A stretch of 64,000 nucleotides of DNA from an uncultured virus (IMG/VR IMGVR_UViG_3300035454_002149) (IMGVR_UViG_3300035454_002149); one strand, 5' to 3'. Positions 53,574-63,999 are shown, counted from the stretch's first letter. Program-made: numbers and translations. Notes: generated by a model not told the origin, from the sequence alone.

Positions 53574-56500
53574 TTACAGTCTTCCGACTACTACTTCGAT
53601 TACACCGTCTATGCCGTCAAAATCGGCCAGTGCTTTACCGATCACAGAACCGGTTTTGGGATCCGCTTCGGCCCGTGCTCGACCACATCCTGCAGCGACC
53701 ATCATATCGCCTTTGCGTACGGTGCCTGTTACACGGCAAGGTACACGACCGGTCAGTGCTACTGCCACAACATTTTCCCCGTCGAGTCCAGCGTTCATGA
53801 TGTAGCTAGGATTGGTTGAAACTACGCCTGCAACGCGGCGGCTACTGTCTTCATTGCACGCCGTGACTTCTTTGTTACCACCAAAACAAAGCACTGTGCC
53901 AGGTTCATAGATAGCATCTGCTTCATACATCTCTGCCAAGTCAGCGTATTGTGCAGATGTGGCTTTGGCAAATATCGTATCGAAATATCCTGTGGCACTA
54001 CCAATATTACCGACGCCGTTGGCTTGGCCGTTACGTAAATCTTTATTGAGTACTATGACACCGGTGCCATTGGGACTCAATGTGATGTTACCGTTACTGC
54101 CTGTGATAATTTCCAATGCGGCTGTATCAACAATGTTTCCAGTAACAACTAAATTTCCACCTGACACATTGCCGGTAGCTGATACAGAACCGCCTGTGGA
54201 CAAGTTTCCACCGGTGATAGTATTAGTAACAGTCAACGAACTCAAAGTACCTACACTTGTGATATTATTCTGCGCTGCTGTGGTCAAGGTACCAACAATG
54301 TTGGTACCACTTAAATTGCCGCCAACAATGTTACCGGTGGCCGACACAAATCCGGTAGTAGTTGTTCCTCCGGTTGATACCACCAATACATTGGCCGTGC
54401 CGCCAACTGTGATATAGGCATTGCCGCCTGTGCCGGCGATGCCAATTGCGGATGTACCGCTGTTGATAGCAGACACATCGATGGTACCAACATCAAGATT
54501 GGCCTGTGTTATACCATCAGATGTGAACACCGCAAATGTGTTAGATCCAGCATCTTTGAGCTGTAATCCTCCCAAGAAGATAGTGTTACCAGCAAAATAA
54601 CCATTCTTCCAGTATGCGGTCGGACTGCCAAGATCGTATGTGACATTGGCGGTTGGTATCAAATCTCCAGTGATCGATATGTCATTGCTGATATCAGAAA
54701 CTTCAATCACAGCATCGGCGCTGACGTTTTCAATACGTGTGACTGTAGTTGTAGTGGTTATAATCCTTACATCAATAACGTCTGTCAGTGACGGTGCCTC
54801 GGTGAAAGTCAATGTGGTGCCCAAAACCGAGTATGCTACAGTTGGTAACTGAACCACACCGTTGATGCTGACGATAACACCGGCTGTGGTCGCATCCTGG
54901 CTCAATGTAAATGCGGTGGTTATGGCGTCGCCGTTGAACTGATCATCAACGATGACTGTAAATTCCGGAACGCCTACCAGCTCCCATCCTGTGCTGGTAT
55001 AGACTTCCAACGCATCTTGTGCAGTGGTAAATCTCAACATACCAACCGTGGCAGGATCTGGTCGTTGTACAGTATTTCCAACTGGCATCAATATTGACGA
55101 TGTAGCGTTGAAGGAAACCACAGCATTGACCAGAGTCGATGAATTACCAAATGCAGCGGTGCCAATACCAGCATCAACATAGAAAATGTTAGCAACAGTA
55201 TCGCCGTCGACTGCAAAGTCAACGTCAGCATCGCTGCCATTGATTGTAATACGGCTGGCGCTGCTATCAATAAATCCACTGGTCAGTATCAAATTACTAC
55301 CAGTGATGTTGCCTGTAGCGGATATAAGTCCTGTGGTACGTAGGTTACCGGCTTGTACGTTCCCAGTAACTGATGCTACACCACCTGTGTTGAGGTTGCC
55401 GCCCGTGACGTTGCCGGTGGCTGTTACCAGTCCACCTGTGGTTATATTTCCGCCTGTGACATTACCTGTGGCGGTAACCAAACCGGTAGTAGTTAAGTTG
55501 CCACCAATGACGTTGCCGCTTGCTGAAACAGTGACACCTTGCACCAACGCAGCTGATATCAAATTGCCACCGTTGATGTTGCCCGTGGCACTGACCAATC
55601 CAGTGGTACGTAGGTTACCAGCTTGTACGTTTCCAGTAACTGAAGCTACGCCAGCGGTATTAAGGTTACCGCCAGTGATGTTGCCTGTGGCTGTGATCAG
55701 TCCACCTGTGACCAAATTGGCGCCGGTGATGTTACCGGAAGCCGAAACGGTTGCAGAATTCACAGCGCTGGTTATGTTGGCATTGCCACCAACTAAGTTT
55801 CCGCTCGCTGAAACAGTGACACCTTGCACCAACGCAGCTGATATCAAATTACCGCCATTGATGTTGCCAGTGGCACTGACTAAACCAGCGGTAGTTACGT
55901 TACCACCAATGACGTTGCCGCTGCCACTAACCGTGACACCTTGTACTAGTGCAGCAGATATCAAGTTGCCACCATTGACATTTCCTGTGACTGATACGAG
56001 CCCAGCGGTGCGTAGGTTACCGGCTTGTACGTTACCAATAACCGATGATGATTCTAAGTAGGCATTTCCTGCCTGGAATGTTCCATATGATGTTACTGTG
56101 ATAACATCATTGGCGATGCTTACGCTGTTGGCAACAATTATATTTCCGGTTGAGTTATCCCAACCCATAAATGCATTACCAGCAGCAGTGGTATAATATG
56201 TCAATAACGTACCGCGATCTTTACCGTCATTTGATACCAACGCATTACCATTGGGCCCACCACCCAACTGGATGATCGGATCTTCAACACGTAAATCGTC
56301 AATATTGATATAGGTTAAGTTGCCCTGTACAACAAGGTTACCGCCTACTAATGCATCGCCTGATACACTTAGATTTGCAGTACTAAGGGTTCCGGCGGTG
56401 ACAAGATTTCCACCGGTGACATTACCTGTAGCTGATACTTGTCCACCTGTAAGTACATTACCACCGGTGATGTTACCGGATGCTGACACAGTTGCAGAAT

Positions 56501-57689
56501 TTACAGCACTGGTTATATTGGCATTACCACCAACTAAGTTTCCGCTTGCTGAAACAGTGACGCCTTGCACTAATGCGGCTGATATCAAGTTGCCACCCGT
56601 GACGTTGCCTGTGGCCGATACTAATCCTGTAGTTCTTAGATTACCTGCTTGTACGTTTCCAGTGACCGATGCCACACCACCTGTGTTAAGGTTACCACCA
56701 GTGACATTTCCTGTGGCCGATACAAGACCAGCGGTATTCACATTGCCGGCTATAACATTACCACTGGATGATAGTGTAACACCTTGTACTAAGGCTTGGG
56801 AAATAACATTTCCGCCAGTGACGTTGCCTGTGGCTGTTACTACACCTGCGGTGGTTATGTTTCCACCCGTGACGTTGCCTGTAGCACTAACCACACCAGC
56901 GGTAGTTAGGTTACCACCTATGACGTTACCAGTGACTGACGCTACACCTGCGGTATTAAGGTTACCACCAGTGACATTTCCTGTAGCAGTTACTACACCA
57001 GCGGTGGTTATGTTTCCACCTGTGACGTTACCAGTGGCCAATACGAGACCAGCAGTACGTAGATTTCCTGCTTGTACGTTTCCAGTAACTGATGCTACAC
57101 CACCTGTGTTGAGGTTGCCACCCGTGACGTTGCCTGTGGCTGATACGAGACCAGCTGTTAAAAAGTTTCCACTGGTGGTATTACCAGTGACTATTAAGTT
57201 TCCAACTATGTTACCGATGGTAACATTACCAAGATTTACCGTACCTGTGATGTTGGCATTGGCTGCTGTAAGCGTGTCAGTCTGCAATGATGCATAAGAA
57301 AGTATATTGGCTTGTGTATTAGTAGTGGCCGAATCAGTAAAAATAGTTGCAAACTGGTTAGAATTTTCGTCCCAGATAAATGCGATATTGTTAGAAGTAC
57401 CGCGCTCTCCAATGAAACCAATATCTAGCGTAGGAGTACCGGTTTGTTCTTTGGCCAGCAAGATCAGCGGATCTTCGACTACCAAGTTAACTGTGTCAAT
57501 GCTGGTAGTATTACCGTTGACTGTCAAGTTACCGCTGATGGTGAGATCGGATCCGTAGACCAAGTTGTTGGAGATTTTACCAGATGTGATGGTGTAATCC
57601 TGCAGTTTTGTGGCAGCATTTACACCTAGATATACGTTGCCCGTACTCGCATCTGTGATCTGATTGTTGTTGATCCTCGTAATAGCCAT
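53574..57689 (-). CDS. Long tail fibre protein with 17-aa repeats and C-terminal intramolecular chaperone
   Basis: VEDPLI modules; dozens of GNVTGGNL.TAG.VSAT repeats; YADLAEMY...VALTGRVPCRV...VIGKAL. Confidence 0.82.
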   Translation of the reverse strand: MAITRINNNQITDASTGNVYLGVNAATKLQDYTITSGKISNNLVYGSDLTISGNLTVNGNTTSIDTVNLVVEDPLILLAKEQTGTPTLDIGFIGERGTSNNIAFIWDENSNQFATIFTDSATTNTQANILSYASLQTDTLTAANANITGTVNLGNVTIGNIVGNLIVTGNTTSGNFLTAGLVSATGNVTGGNLNTGGVASVTGNVQAGNLRTAGLVLATGNVTGGNITTAGVVTATGNVTGGNLNTAGVASVTGNVIGGNLTTAGVVSATGNVTGGNITTAGVVTATGNVTGGNVISQALVQGVTLSSSGNVIAGNVNTAGLVSATGNVTGGNLNTGGVASVTGNVQAGNLRTTGLVSATGNVTGGNLISAALVQGVTVSASGNLVGGNANITSAVNSATVSASGNITGGNVLTGGQVSATGNVTGGNLVTAGTLSTANLSVSGDALVGGNLVVQGNLTYINIDDLRVEDPIIQLGGGPNGNALVSNDGKDRGTLLTYYTTAAGNAFMGWDNSTGNIIVANSVSIANDVITVTSYGTFQAGNAYLESSSVIGNVQAGNLRTAGLVSVTGNVNGGNLISAALVQGVTVSGSGNVIGGNVTTAGLVSATGNINGGNLISAALVQGVTVSASGNLVGGNANITSAVNSATVSASGNITGANLVTGGLITATGNITGGNLNTAGVASVTGNVQAGNLRTTGLVSATGNINGGNLISAALVQGVTVSASGNVIGGNLTTTGLVTATGNVTGGNITTGGLVTATGNVTGGNLNTGGVASVTGNVQAGNLRTTGLISATGNITGSNLILTSGFIDSSASRITINGSDADVDFAVDGDTVANIFYVDAGIGTAAFGNSSTLVNAVVSFNATSSILMPVGNTVQRPDPATVGMLRFTTAQDALEVYTSTGWELVGVPEFTVIVDDQFNGDAITTAFTLSQDATTAGVIVSINGVVQLPTVAYSVLGTTLTFTEAPSLTDVIDVRIITTTTTVTRIENVSADAVIEVSDISNDISITGDLIPTANVTYDLGSPTAYWKNGYFAGNTIFLGGLQLKDAGSNTFAVFTSDGITQANLDVGTIDVSAINSGTSAIGIAGTGGNAYITVGGTANVLVVSTGGTTTTGFVSATGNIVGGNLSGTNIVGTLTTAAQNNITSVGTLSSLTVTNTITGGNLSTGGSVSATGNVSGGNLVVTGNIVDTAALEIITGSNGNITLSPNGTGVIVLNKDLRNGQANGVGNIGSATGYFDTIFAKATSAQYADLAEMYEADAIYEPGTVLCFGGNKEVTACNEDSSRRVAGVVSTNPSYIMNAGLDGENVVAVALTGRVPCRVTGTVRKGDMMVAAGCGRARAEADPKTGSVIGKALADFDGIDGVIEVVVGRL

Positions 57690-57748
57690 TACTAATCTCC
57701 GTCTATGCGATATTTAGCACAAACAGCAAATTAGGAAATTGGGAGAAA

Positions 57749-58882
57749 TTACAGGAATCTTATGTCAATGACGTCACTGACCAGCGGCGCTTGGCTAAAA
57801 GTCAACTGATTTCCGATCACAGTATAGGCTACTCCGGGTAGCTGTACCACGCCGTTGATCATGATCAAAACTGCTGCTTCAGTGGTGGCGCGGTCAAGAG
57901 TGAACAATGTTGTGACGTTGTCACCGTTAAGGATTTGATTTGTGACTTCGCTGACCACGCTATCCCACTCAGTGCCATCATAAACTTCCATGCGCTGTGT
58001 TTCAGTATTGAAACGCAAGGTGCCTGTTAGAGGCGACCCAGGACGCTGGGCTATATTGCCTACAGGAACTACCAATCCTGTAGTGGTATCGATTATAGCC
58101 AGTGCAGTTCCGGTAGGTTTTAAAGTGATATTTCCTGTGGCCAGCGACGTAGAAATCGTGGTATTTGATATGGTTATATTGCCCAGGCTGATATTGCCCG
58201 TACCAGAAAAATTACTGGCGGTTATGGTACCTGCAGCGGAAACATTCCCGCTGGTAGTTAAATTTCCACCGGTGACGTTGCCAGTGGCGCTGACCAATCC
58301 AGTGGTGCGCAAATTACCACCCTGTATGTTGCCCGTAGCACTGACCACACCGGCTGTAGTTAGGTTACCTCCTGTGACGTTGCCAGTGGCGCTGACCAAT
58401 CCAGTGGTGCGCAAATTACCTGCTTGTACGTTGCCTGTTATTGACGCCACACCTGCTGTGTTTAAGTTCCCACCTGTGATGTTGCCAGTGGCGCTGATCA
58501 GTCCAGTGGTACGGACATTTCCGGCCTGCACATTGCCGGTAGCGCTGACAAAAGTGTTGGAAGTGATGCTGTTGACCAGTAGATTGCCGCCGTTGACGAT
58601 GTTTCCAATATCAATATTACCAACTAGTATATCCTCAAAAACACCAATGTTTCCAGTGACGTTTCCTGAAGCTGATACACCATTGGCAAAAAGAGTAGTG
58701 GTGATATTGCAATTGCCATTGACTGTGAGGATGTGTGTGGTAGCAGCAGTATTGACACCGACCCTGCCATTGATGACATCAATGAATAGCACATCAACTA
58801 ACCCGCTGGTCTGCACAGAGAGATTTGAACCGCGTACTAGATCTTCCGCTAGGATGTTACCGCGTATATAATTGATGGCCAT
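57749..58882 (-). CDS. Fibre/baseplate-associated protein with 17-aa repeats
   Basis: Same repeat; PVGNIAQRP..GTLRFNT; INGVVQLP..Y...LTF..AP module shared with 53574-57689. Confidence 0.75.
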   Translation of the reverse strand: MAINYIRGNILAEDLVRGSNLSVQTSGLVDVLFIDVINGRVGVNTAATTHILTVNGNCNITTTLFANGVSASGNVTGNIGVFEDILVGNIDIGNIVNGGNLLVNSITSNTFVSATGNVQAGNVRTTGLISATGNITGGNLNTAGVASITGNVQAGNLRTTGLVSATGNVTGGNLTTAGVVSATGNIQGGNLRTTGLVSATGNVTGGNLTTSGNVSAAGTITASNFSGTGNISLGNITISNTTISTSLATGNITLKPTGTALAIIDTTTGLVVPVGNIAQRPGSPLTGTLRFNTETQRMEVYDGTEWDSVVSEVTNQILNGDNVTTLFTLDRATTEAAVLIMINGVVQLPGVAYTVIGNQLTFSQAPLVSDVIDIRFL

Positions 58883-58902
58883 TGGATATCCTTATTGGAT
58901 AT

Positions 58903-59304
58903 TTATGGGTTATCGCTGTGGATGACCGAGATGGGCTCGCCCGCAGGTGGGGCACTAGTAAAAGTGATGTCAAACCCGCCGTTTACTGTATAAGCAGTAA
59001 TGGGATCTTGGTAGATTGATCCCACGAATACTATGATCTGGGCAGTAGAACTTTCGACTTCGGACATGGTGAATACCGTAGTCACCCCGTCTCCAGTGAA
59101 ACTGTCTACAGTATAAATCAATGATCCAGAAGCGCCCAACTGAACGAATTGTATTCCATTGAAGAATTCTACTCCAGCTAGATCGGTGTTGTACCGCATG
59201 AGTCCAAAAACCGGCGCTTGCGGGCGCACAGCAGATCCACCGGCAGGTAAAACTACTCCCGTGGACCCTGATTGCAGCTGGCGATTCTTGACGAAAATTC
59301 CCAT
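58903..59304 (-). CDS. Small baseplate/fibre-associated protein
   Basis: LPAG...RP...GLMRYNTD; FTGDG..F...VGSIYQ.P...ITFTSAPP. Confidence 0.7.
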   Translation of the reverse strand: MGIFVKNRQLQSGSTGVVLPAGGSAVRPQAPVFGLMRYNTDLAGVEFFNGIQFVQLGASGSLIYTVDSFTGDGVTTVFTMSEVESSTAQIIVFVGSIYQDPITAYTVNGGFDITFTSAPPAGEPISVIHSDNP

Positions 59305-59618
59305 TATACTGATGTGTAACTGGTCACTGTGGTTATGGCGTTGTTGGCGCTGGCATCGACTTGTATAGAATCTCCATTGGCCATGATCAATTTTTCGTTT
59401 CCAGCGTAAAACTGATAAGTGTCGTTGGCTGTGATCAATAATTGGCTCAGCACTATGTTAGTGTTGCCTGCCGATCCACCACTGGGAACGACGTATACGT
59501 TGGCTGTGATGTTACCAGCGGTATAGTTGCAGATGCTCATGAAAGTCACCGCAGTAGTATTGGTGCTGACATAGGCATTTGATGGCGATGTTGTGATATT
59601 TCCTACTGCTAGACTCAT
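59304..59618 (-). CDS. Small beta-rich virion protein
   Basis: 104 aa; SICN...KLIMANGDSI; AGGA RBS. Confidence 0.65.
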   Translation of the reverse strand: MSLAVGNITTSPSNAYVSTNTTAVTFMSICNYTAGNITANVYVVPSGGSAGNTNIVLSQLLITANDTYQFYAGNEKLIMANGDSIQVDASANNAITTVTSYTSV

Positions 59619-59627
59619 GATAATTCC

Positions 59628-60263
59628 TTAAAATATGATAGAATACAGTTTTGCTTTGGTAGCACTGATCAGCTCGTCGTTGTTGCTAGGACTGGCCACA
59701 TAATAAATTCCCGAACCACCGCTGCTGGGAGTGTTGGCGTAGATGATTGAAGTGCTGGGCCAAGCCGATGGAACATTGCCTTGATTGCTGAATGCTATGG
59801 TTCCGTTGATCGCTACTTGGCTTGTGACTTTGTTAAAAGTAAAAGCAGAATTTCCCGCTACTACTCCACTGTCATTGAATTGCACATCGGTGTTGGCACC
59901 GCCCGCAGTGGCCGGATCAAGATCGGTGGTCAGATTTGCCCAAGTTCCCGTGAGACCAGAAGAATCTGTGCTGTCACTGATCTGCCAAGTGCTGGTATTG
60001 TTATTATAACGCAATCCAGCAAAGTCAGACGCGGTCTTGTGCGTGAGGATACCAGAATTGCTGGAATACGAAGCGGTATTGCTGCTGTTCAATAATATGA
60101 AAGGATCCCGGATGTTGAGTTCTTCAACATTGATATAAGTCAAATTTCCAGACACATCAAGATTGCCCCGGATTTCAAGGGTATTGGTCGTGACAACGAC
60201 ATTGTCTTGTGCATTGATCGTGGTGATATTGTAATCACCATCTATACGCTTATACGTGGGCAT
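59628..60263 (-). CDS. Putative virion structural protein
   Basis: GNLTYINV..LNIRDPFILLN module shared with the fibres; GGANTDVQFND. Confidence 0.7.
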   Translation of the reverse strand: MPTYKRIDGDYNITTINAQDNVVVTTNTLEIRGNLDVSGNLTYINVEELNIRDPFILLNSSNTASYSSNSGILTHKTASDFAGLRYNNNTSTWQISDSTDSSGLTGTWANLTTDLDPATAGGANTDVQFNDSGVVAGNSAFTFNKVTSQVAINGTIAFSNQGNVPSAWPSTSIIYANTPSSGGSGIYYVASPSNNDELISATKAKLYSIIF

Positions 60264-60848
60264 TTATAGATCCTTTGATGTATTTATTCGGCGCAAGAAA
60301 TCACCTAGATCCATTCTGAGCAGATTTTTAGCATCTGCCAGCTCGGGCGCTTCTGCTGTGCTGGGCCCGTGTACCCTGAAAAAACTAGCAGAAGGAAAGT
60401 CACCAGCCACTGTTTTTATCTGCCGTATCCAGTTGCCCGAAAATGTAGGTTCTGCAAATGATGGCTTGTAAAACTCTGTGTCAGCATAGATGTTGTTGAA
60501 TTTTTCGCCCGGGGCGGATCCCAGATCAAACCCCAACAAATATATCTCTTTGTGCCCGTCCAAAGCTGCCAATCCTGCTGCTATAGGACCCGAACTGAAC
60601 CCGTGATAGGGTTTGGGCACGATCATCGCCCCTGTGCCTGGGCGCGGCCGCCGTGTGTAAAAACGATGATGCTGGCTGTAACCAGAATCTTGTATGGCCT
60701 GGGCTATGGGCGCATCCGTGGCCACTAGAGCCGTGACCGTGTGCGTGCGATATAGGGCATTACACCCATATACCGATCCCAAAGTCAAGAGCAAGTCGAT
60801 GTCGATGTTTTCCCGGCTGCGGCCGTTGCCTAGCACGAATGCGGTCAT
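60264..60848 (-). CDS. Maf/MptE/sialyltransferase-like (GT42-like fold) protein
   Basis: AFVLGNGRS; YGCN; SSG; EIYLLGFD motifs. Confidence 0.55.
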   Translation of the reverse strand: MTAFVLGNGRSRENIDIDLLLTLGSVYGCNALYRTHTVTALVATDAPIAQAIQDSGYSQHHRFYTRRPRPGTGAMIVPKPYHGFSSGPIAAGLAALDGHKEIYLLGFDLGSAPGEKFNNIYADTEFYKPSFAEPTFSGNWIRQIKTVAGDFPSASFFRVHGPSTAEAPELADAKNLLRMDLGDFLRRINTSKDL

Positions 60849-60883
60849 AAAAAATCCTCTCTGTATGTAGCCCAGAGAGGATT
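60849..60883 (-). terminator. Terminator-like hairpin that also covers the next RBS
   Basis: AATCCTCTCTG-(9 nt)-CAGAGAGGATT followed by TTTT and then ATG. Confidence 0.7.
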
Positions 60884-60901
60884 GGGGTTGCCAGCAATCG
60901 A

Positions 60902-61411
60902 TTACGAGTTGTAGTTCTCGATGAGGCCCAGCGTGACTGTCTGACCTTGTGTGCCTGACTTGATGGCTGTGCTGCCGCCGTCAAAGAAGTTGGCCACATA
61001 GCGCACGGGAGGTGTGCTGTAGTCCAAGGCCCACTTGTTGGTGAGTTTGGAAACACGCACAGGTGTAGAATCACCCTCATCCATGGTGATGGTCATGGTG
61101 TTGTCAGTGAGATCACCGTCATCAAGGTCTGCTAATACGCAAACACCAGTGTTGGTGCCATCGGACACCAGGTACTTGATGGTACCTTTCTGGCGGATGA
61201 TGTAACCGTCGGCTTCGGCATTGCCACCGATCTTCACACGCACTTTGACTGTGGGATATGTGGATGTATCGACTGTGTCGTTACCGCCTACCACACCGTA
61301 GAATTCTGTGGCTGCCATGGTGTTGGGGAACACAGGCACTTCAACTGCGTTGAATGCATTGAAACCAATGTCTTTGGTGGTTGTTTTTTTGATTTTGAGA
61401 GGACGTCCCAT
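60902..61411 (-). CDS. Hypothetical protein, probably an abundant late virion protein
   Basis: MGRPLK start; GYIIRQKG..KYLV; strong AGGAG RBS, own late promoter and terminator. Confidence 0.75.
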   Translation of the reverse strand: MGRPLKIKKTTTKDIGFNAFNAVEVPVFPNTMAATEFYGVVGGNDTVDTSTYPTVKVRVKIGGNAEADGYIIRQKGTIKYLVSDGTNTGVCVLADLDDGDLTDNTMTITMDEGDSTPVRVSKLTNKWALDYSTPPVRYVANFFDGGSTAIKSGTQGQTVTLGLIENYNS

Positions 61412-61419
61412 TTTGTTTT

Positions 61420-61502
61420 CTCCTATAAAGAAGTCCGATGTGGGTTCTAGCCACTACGCGGTGGGTTAACGCCGCATAAACGCAGGATGCGTCAAGTATT
61501 TA
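61420..61502 (-). promoter_or_regulatory. Late promoter plus structured 5' leader
   Basis: GCTAAATA followed by three consecutive hairpins and an AGGAG RBS. Confidence 0.55.
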
Positions 61503-61542
61503 GCAAAATATACTATCATAATCTCTGTGGTTTAAATATCCC

Positions 61543-62691
61543 ATGGATCTAGAACAGTTGATAGAGCAGGGAAACCAACATCGAGCAGATCGTCGTCCCG
61601 ATCTAGCACTCCAATGCTACGCACAGGTATTCGTAGCCAATCCCGATCATGCGGCGGCCTGGAACAACTATGGCAACGTCATCCGGGAGATGGGCCACCC
61701 AGATCGCAGCATTCCTTTCTTGGAACACTGCCTGAGGCTAGATCCCAATCACGAACAAGCCAACTTCAATCTGGCCGTGAGTCTGTTGCTCATGGGGGAT
61801 TATCCGCGGGGGTGGCAACAATACGAACGCCGTTGGCAGTTTGAACATCTCCGTGGTCAACTACCCAACTTTCCGCAACCTCGCTGGTCGGGCGAGTCTC
61901 TGCAGGGCAAGACCTTGCTGATCATAGGCGAACAAGGTCTGGGTGATTGCATCCAGTTTGTGAGATTCGTTAATGACATTGGTGAGCAAGGTGGCCGGGT
62001 GATATTAGTGGTGCCAGATCAACTGATACCGCTGTTTGGTACCAACCACACAGTGACGGCCACTGTGGGCTACGCAGATCCATTGCCACCGTTTGATTTC
62101 TGGACTCCCATGATGAGCATACCCGGAGTGTTGGGATTAAAATTACAAGATCTCGCCTCGCCTATCAGTTATATCTCTGCAGATACCAGCAAAACAGCAG
62201 CGTGGAACCAACTTCTGGGTGTCAAAACACGCATGCGGGTGGGAGTATCTTGGTCCGGGCGGAGAGATACCTGGATCAATCAACACAAATCAGTGCCGTT
62301 TGATCTGATATTGGAGATGATCCAAAATAATCCCGAGTACCAGTGGATCAATCTGCAGATTGACGCCAGCGACGAAGAAAGCCAGAAACTGTCAGCAGCA
62401 GGTGTGGATCTCTACCCCGGGACCATCCGGGACATGAGTGATACTGCTGCGCTGATCTCTAATCTCGATGTGGTGATCAGTGTGGACACGGCCGTGAGCC
62501 ATTTAAGTGGTGCATTGGGACGCCCTACTTGGATCATGTTGAATCACTACGGTGTTGATTGGCGCTGGCTACTGGATCGCGGAGACAGTCCGTGGCACCC
62601 AACCGCAAGATTATTCCGGCAGCCCGCAATGGATCAGTGGGGACCAGTGCTGGAACGCATCCAAAAATTCCTTAAAGTTTTTACGATCTAA
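61543..62691 (+). CDS. TPR + GT9-like glycosyltransferase
   Basis: N-terminal TPRs; EQGLGDCIQF; LDVVISVDTAVSHLSGALGRP; DWRW...SPW. Confidence 0.85.
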   Translation: MDLEQLIEQGNQHRADRRPDLALQCYAQVFVANPDHAAAWNNYGNVIREMGHPDRSIPFLEHCLRLDPNHEQANFNLAVSLLLMGDYPRGWQQYERRWQFEHLRGQLPNFPQPRWSGESLQGKTLLIIGEQGLGDCIQFVRFVNDIGEQGGRVILVVPDQLIPLFGTNHTVTATVGYADPLPPFDFWTPMMSIPGVLGLKLQDLASPISYISADTSKTAAWNQLLGVKTRMRVGVSWSGRRDTWINQHKSVPFDLILEMIQNNPEYQWINLQIDASDEESQKLSAAGVDLYPGTIRDMSDTAALISNLDVVISVDTAVSHLSGALGRPTWIMLNHYGVDWRWLLDRGDSPWHPTARLFRQPAMDQWGPVLERIQKFLKVFTI

Positions 62692-63287
62692 TCTGTTTGC
62701 CAACTCTTGGTATAACTGTACACCCATGTGGGTCTCACCGTGGTGTTGCTTTGGTACTGCCGATTTGAATTGTCAGAGCTGGATGATTCGGTGATCCGGC
62801 ATTCAAACACATGCTGGGAAAAATCGTCTAGAGCACCACCGGTGACCCCAGATCCCTGGCGCACGTAAGTGACCATGGGCGATAGATAATCCAACAACCA
62901 AGGTGCCATATCCCTACTGCCTTGATCGGTTTCTGTGCGACCGGTATATGCTACCCCAACTCCGTTGAAGCTGTTGGGGTTCACGCGCCTGACCACTGCC
63001 CAACGGCCCGTGATGGTGATCTGGCAAGACTCTGGGGGATATGTGATCTGGGTACCAGGATCGGTGTAAGCGGTGAGCTCAGAACCAGGAGGTATTGACC
63101 ATGCCTGGGCCCGTAGATACAGTTCGCCACCCGACTCGGGACTGGGATAGGTCATGCTGAGACCAAACGTGGCTCCATCGTTGTATCCTGCGCCACTGAA
63201 TCTCCATAGACCCGGTGCGACGACTTCTAGGCCATTGGAGGCTGTGAGTTCTGCTTGTCCCTGGAATGGTGTGATGAAAGTGGGCAT
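62688..63287 (-). CDS. Hypothetical protein
   Basis: 199-aa ORF; TAAATA 4 nt upstream of the ATG. Confidence 0.65.
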   Translation of the reverse strand: MPTFITPFQGQAELTASNGLEVVAPGLWRFSGAGYNDGATFGLSMTYPSPESGGELYLRAQAWSIPPGSELTAYTDPGTQITYPPESCQITITGRWAVVRRVNPNSFNGVGVAYTGRTETDQGSRDMAPWLLDYLSPMVTYVRQGSGVTGGALDDFSQHVFECRITESSSSDNSNRQYQSNTTVRPTWVYSYTKSWQTD

Positions 63288-63294
63288 GCTTTAT

Positions 63295-63999
63295 TTACCG
63301 GGGCCTGGCTTGGGCACAGTTAGGGCCGTGCCAGCGGGGGTAGGTATTGACCGCGATCATCTGTTGGCAGTGGGGGCAGAGTAGTTTGGGTTTGATTTTG
63401 CCTCGGTTCGCTTCTGCTCGGCGTGCTTTTTCTTCTTCAGTTTGTTTCCTACCTCGTATCTTGTTGCCAATCTTTTGACGAGTTGAATCTAAGACTTCTA
63501 CTCCCCATCGATTGTTTTTTTCTCCGCGCTTACTCTCAGCCATCTTGGCTCGCCATTCTTCACTAAATGGCGCACGTTTTTTTCCTAACTTGCTTTCTGC
63601 GATTTTTTGTCTTGCTTCTTCTGTTTTTGCTCCATTATTATCGCCGGATACAGCCGCACGTTGTCGTTGTTTCCCTTCTTCGCTGCGATAAAACTTGTCA
63701 CCGTACATTGGATTGTTTTCCCCGCTAACCTTCTCACTTTGTAATCGTGCGTATTCTTTTTTGAGATTCTCATACACCCGAGCTGTTATCTTTGTATGAT
63801 ATCTTTTTTGTCCTGGATTCTCTGCCCGCATCATTCTAAGAGCGTTAATCATCTTGTAATGATCTTCTCCGGTGGTCATCTTGACTAACAGCCAATGGCA
63901 AATAAAGTGTTCGCGGGGTGTAATAAACGCTATATTTTCTTTTTCATCTGTACCGCCGAGACTACGTGGCGTAATGTGATGGCGCTCGTAAGGTGGCTC
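63295..63999 (-). mobile_element. HNH homing endonuclease with NUMOD3-like repeats (5' end outside the window)
   Basis: Frame open to the window edge: YERHHITPRSLGGTD...N...TPREHFICH; GENNPMYG; C-terminal CPHC...WHG.NC. Confidence 0.85.

Noticed and set aside
49559..58871. Plus-strand LPPVTLPVA ORFs
   Set aside because: Antisense mirror of the 17-aa fibre repeats.
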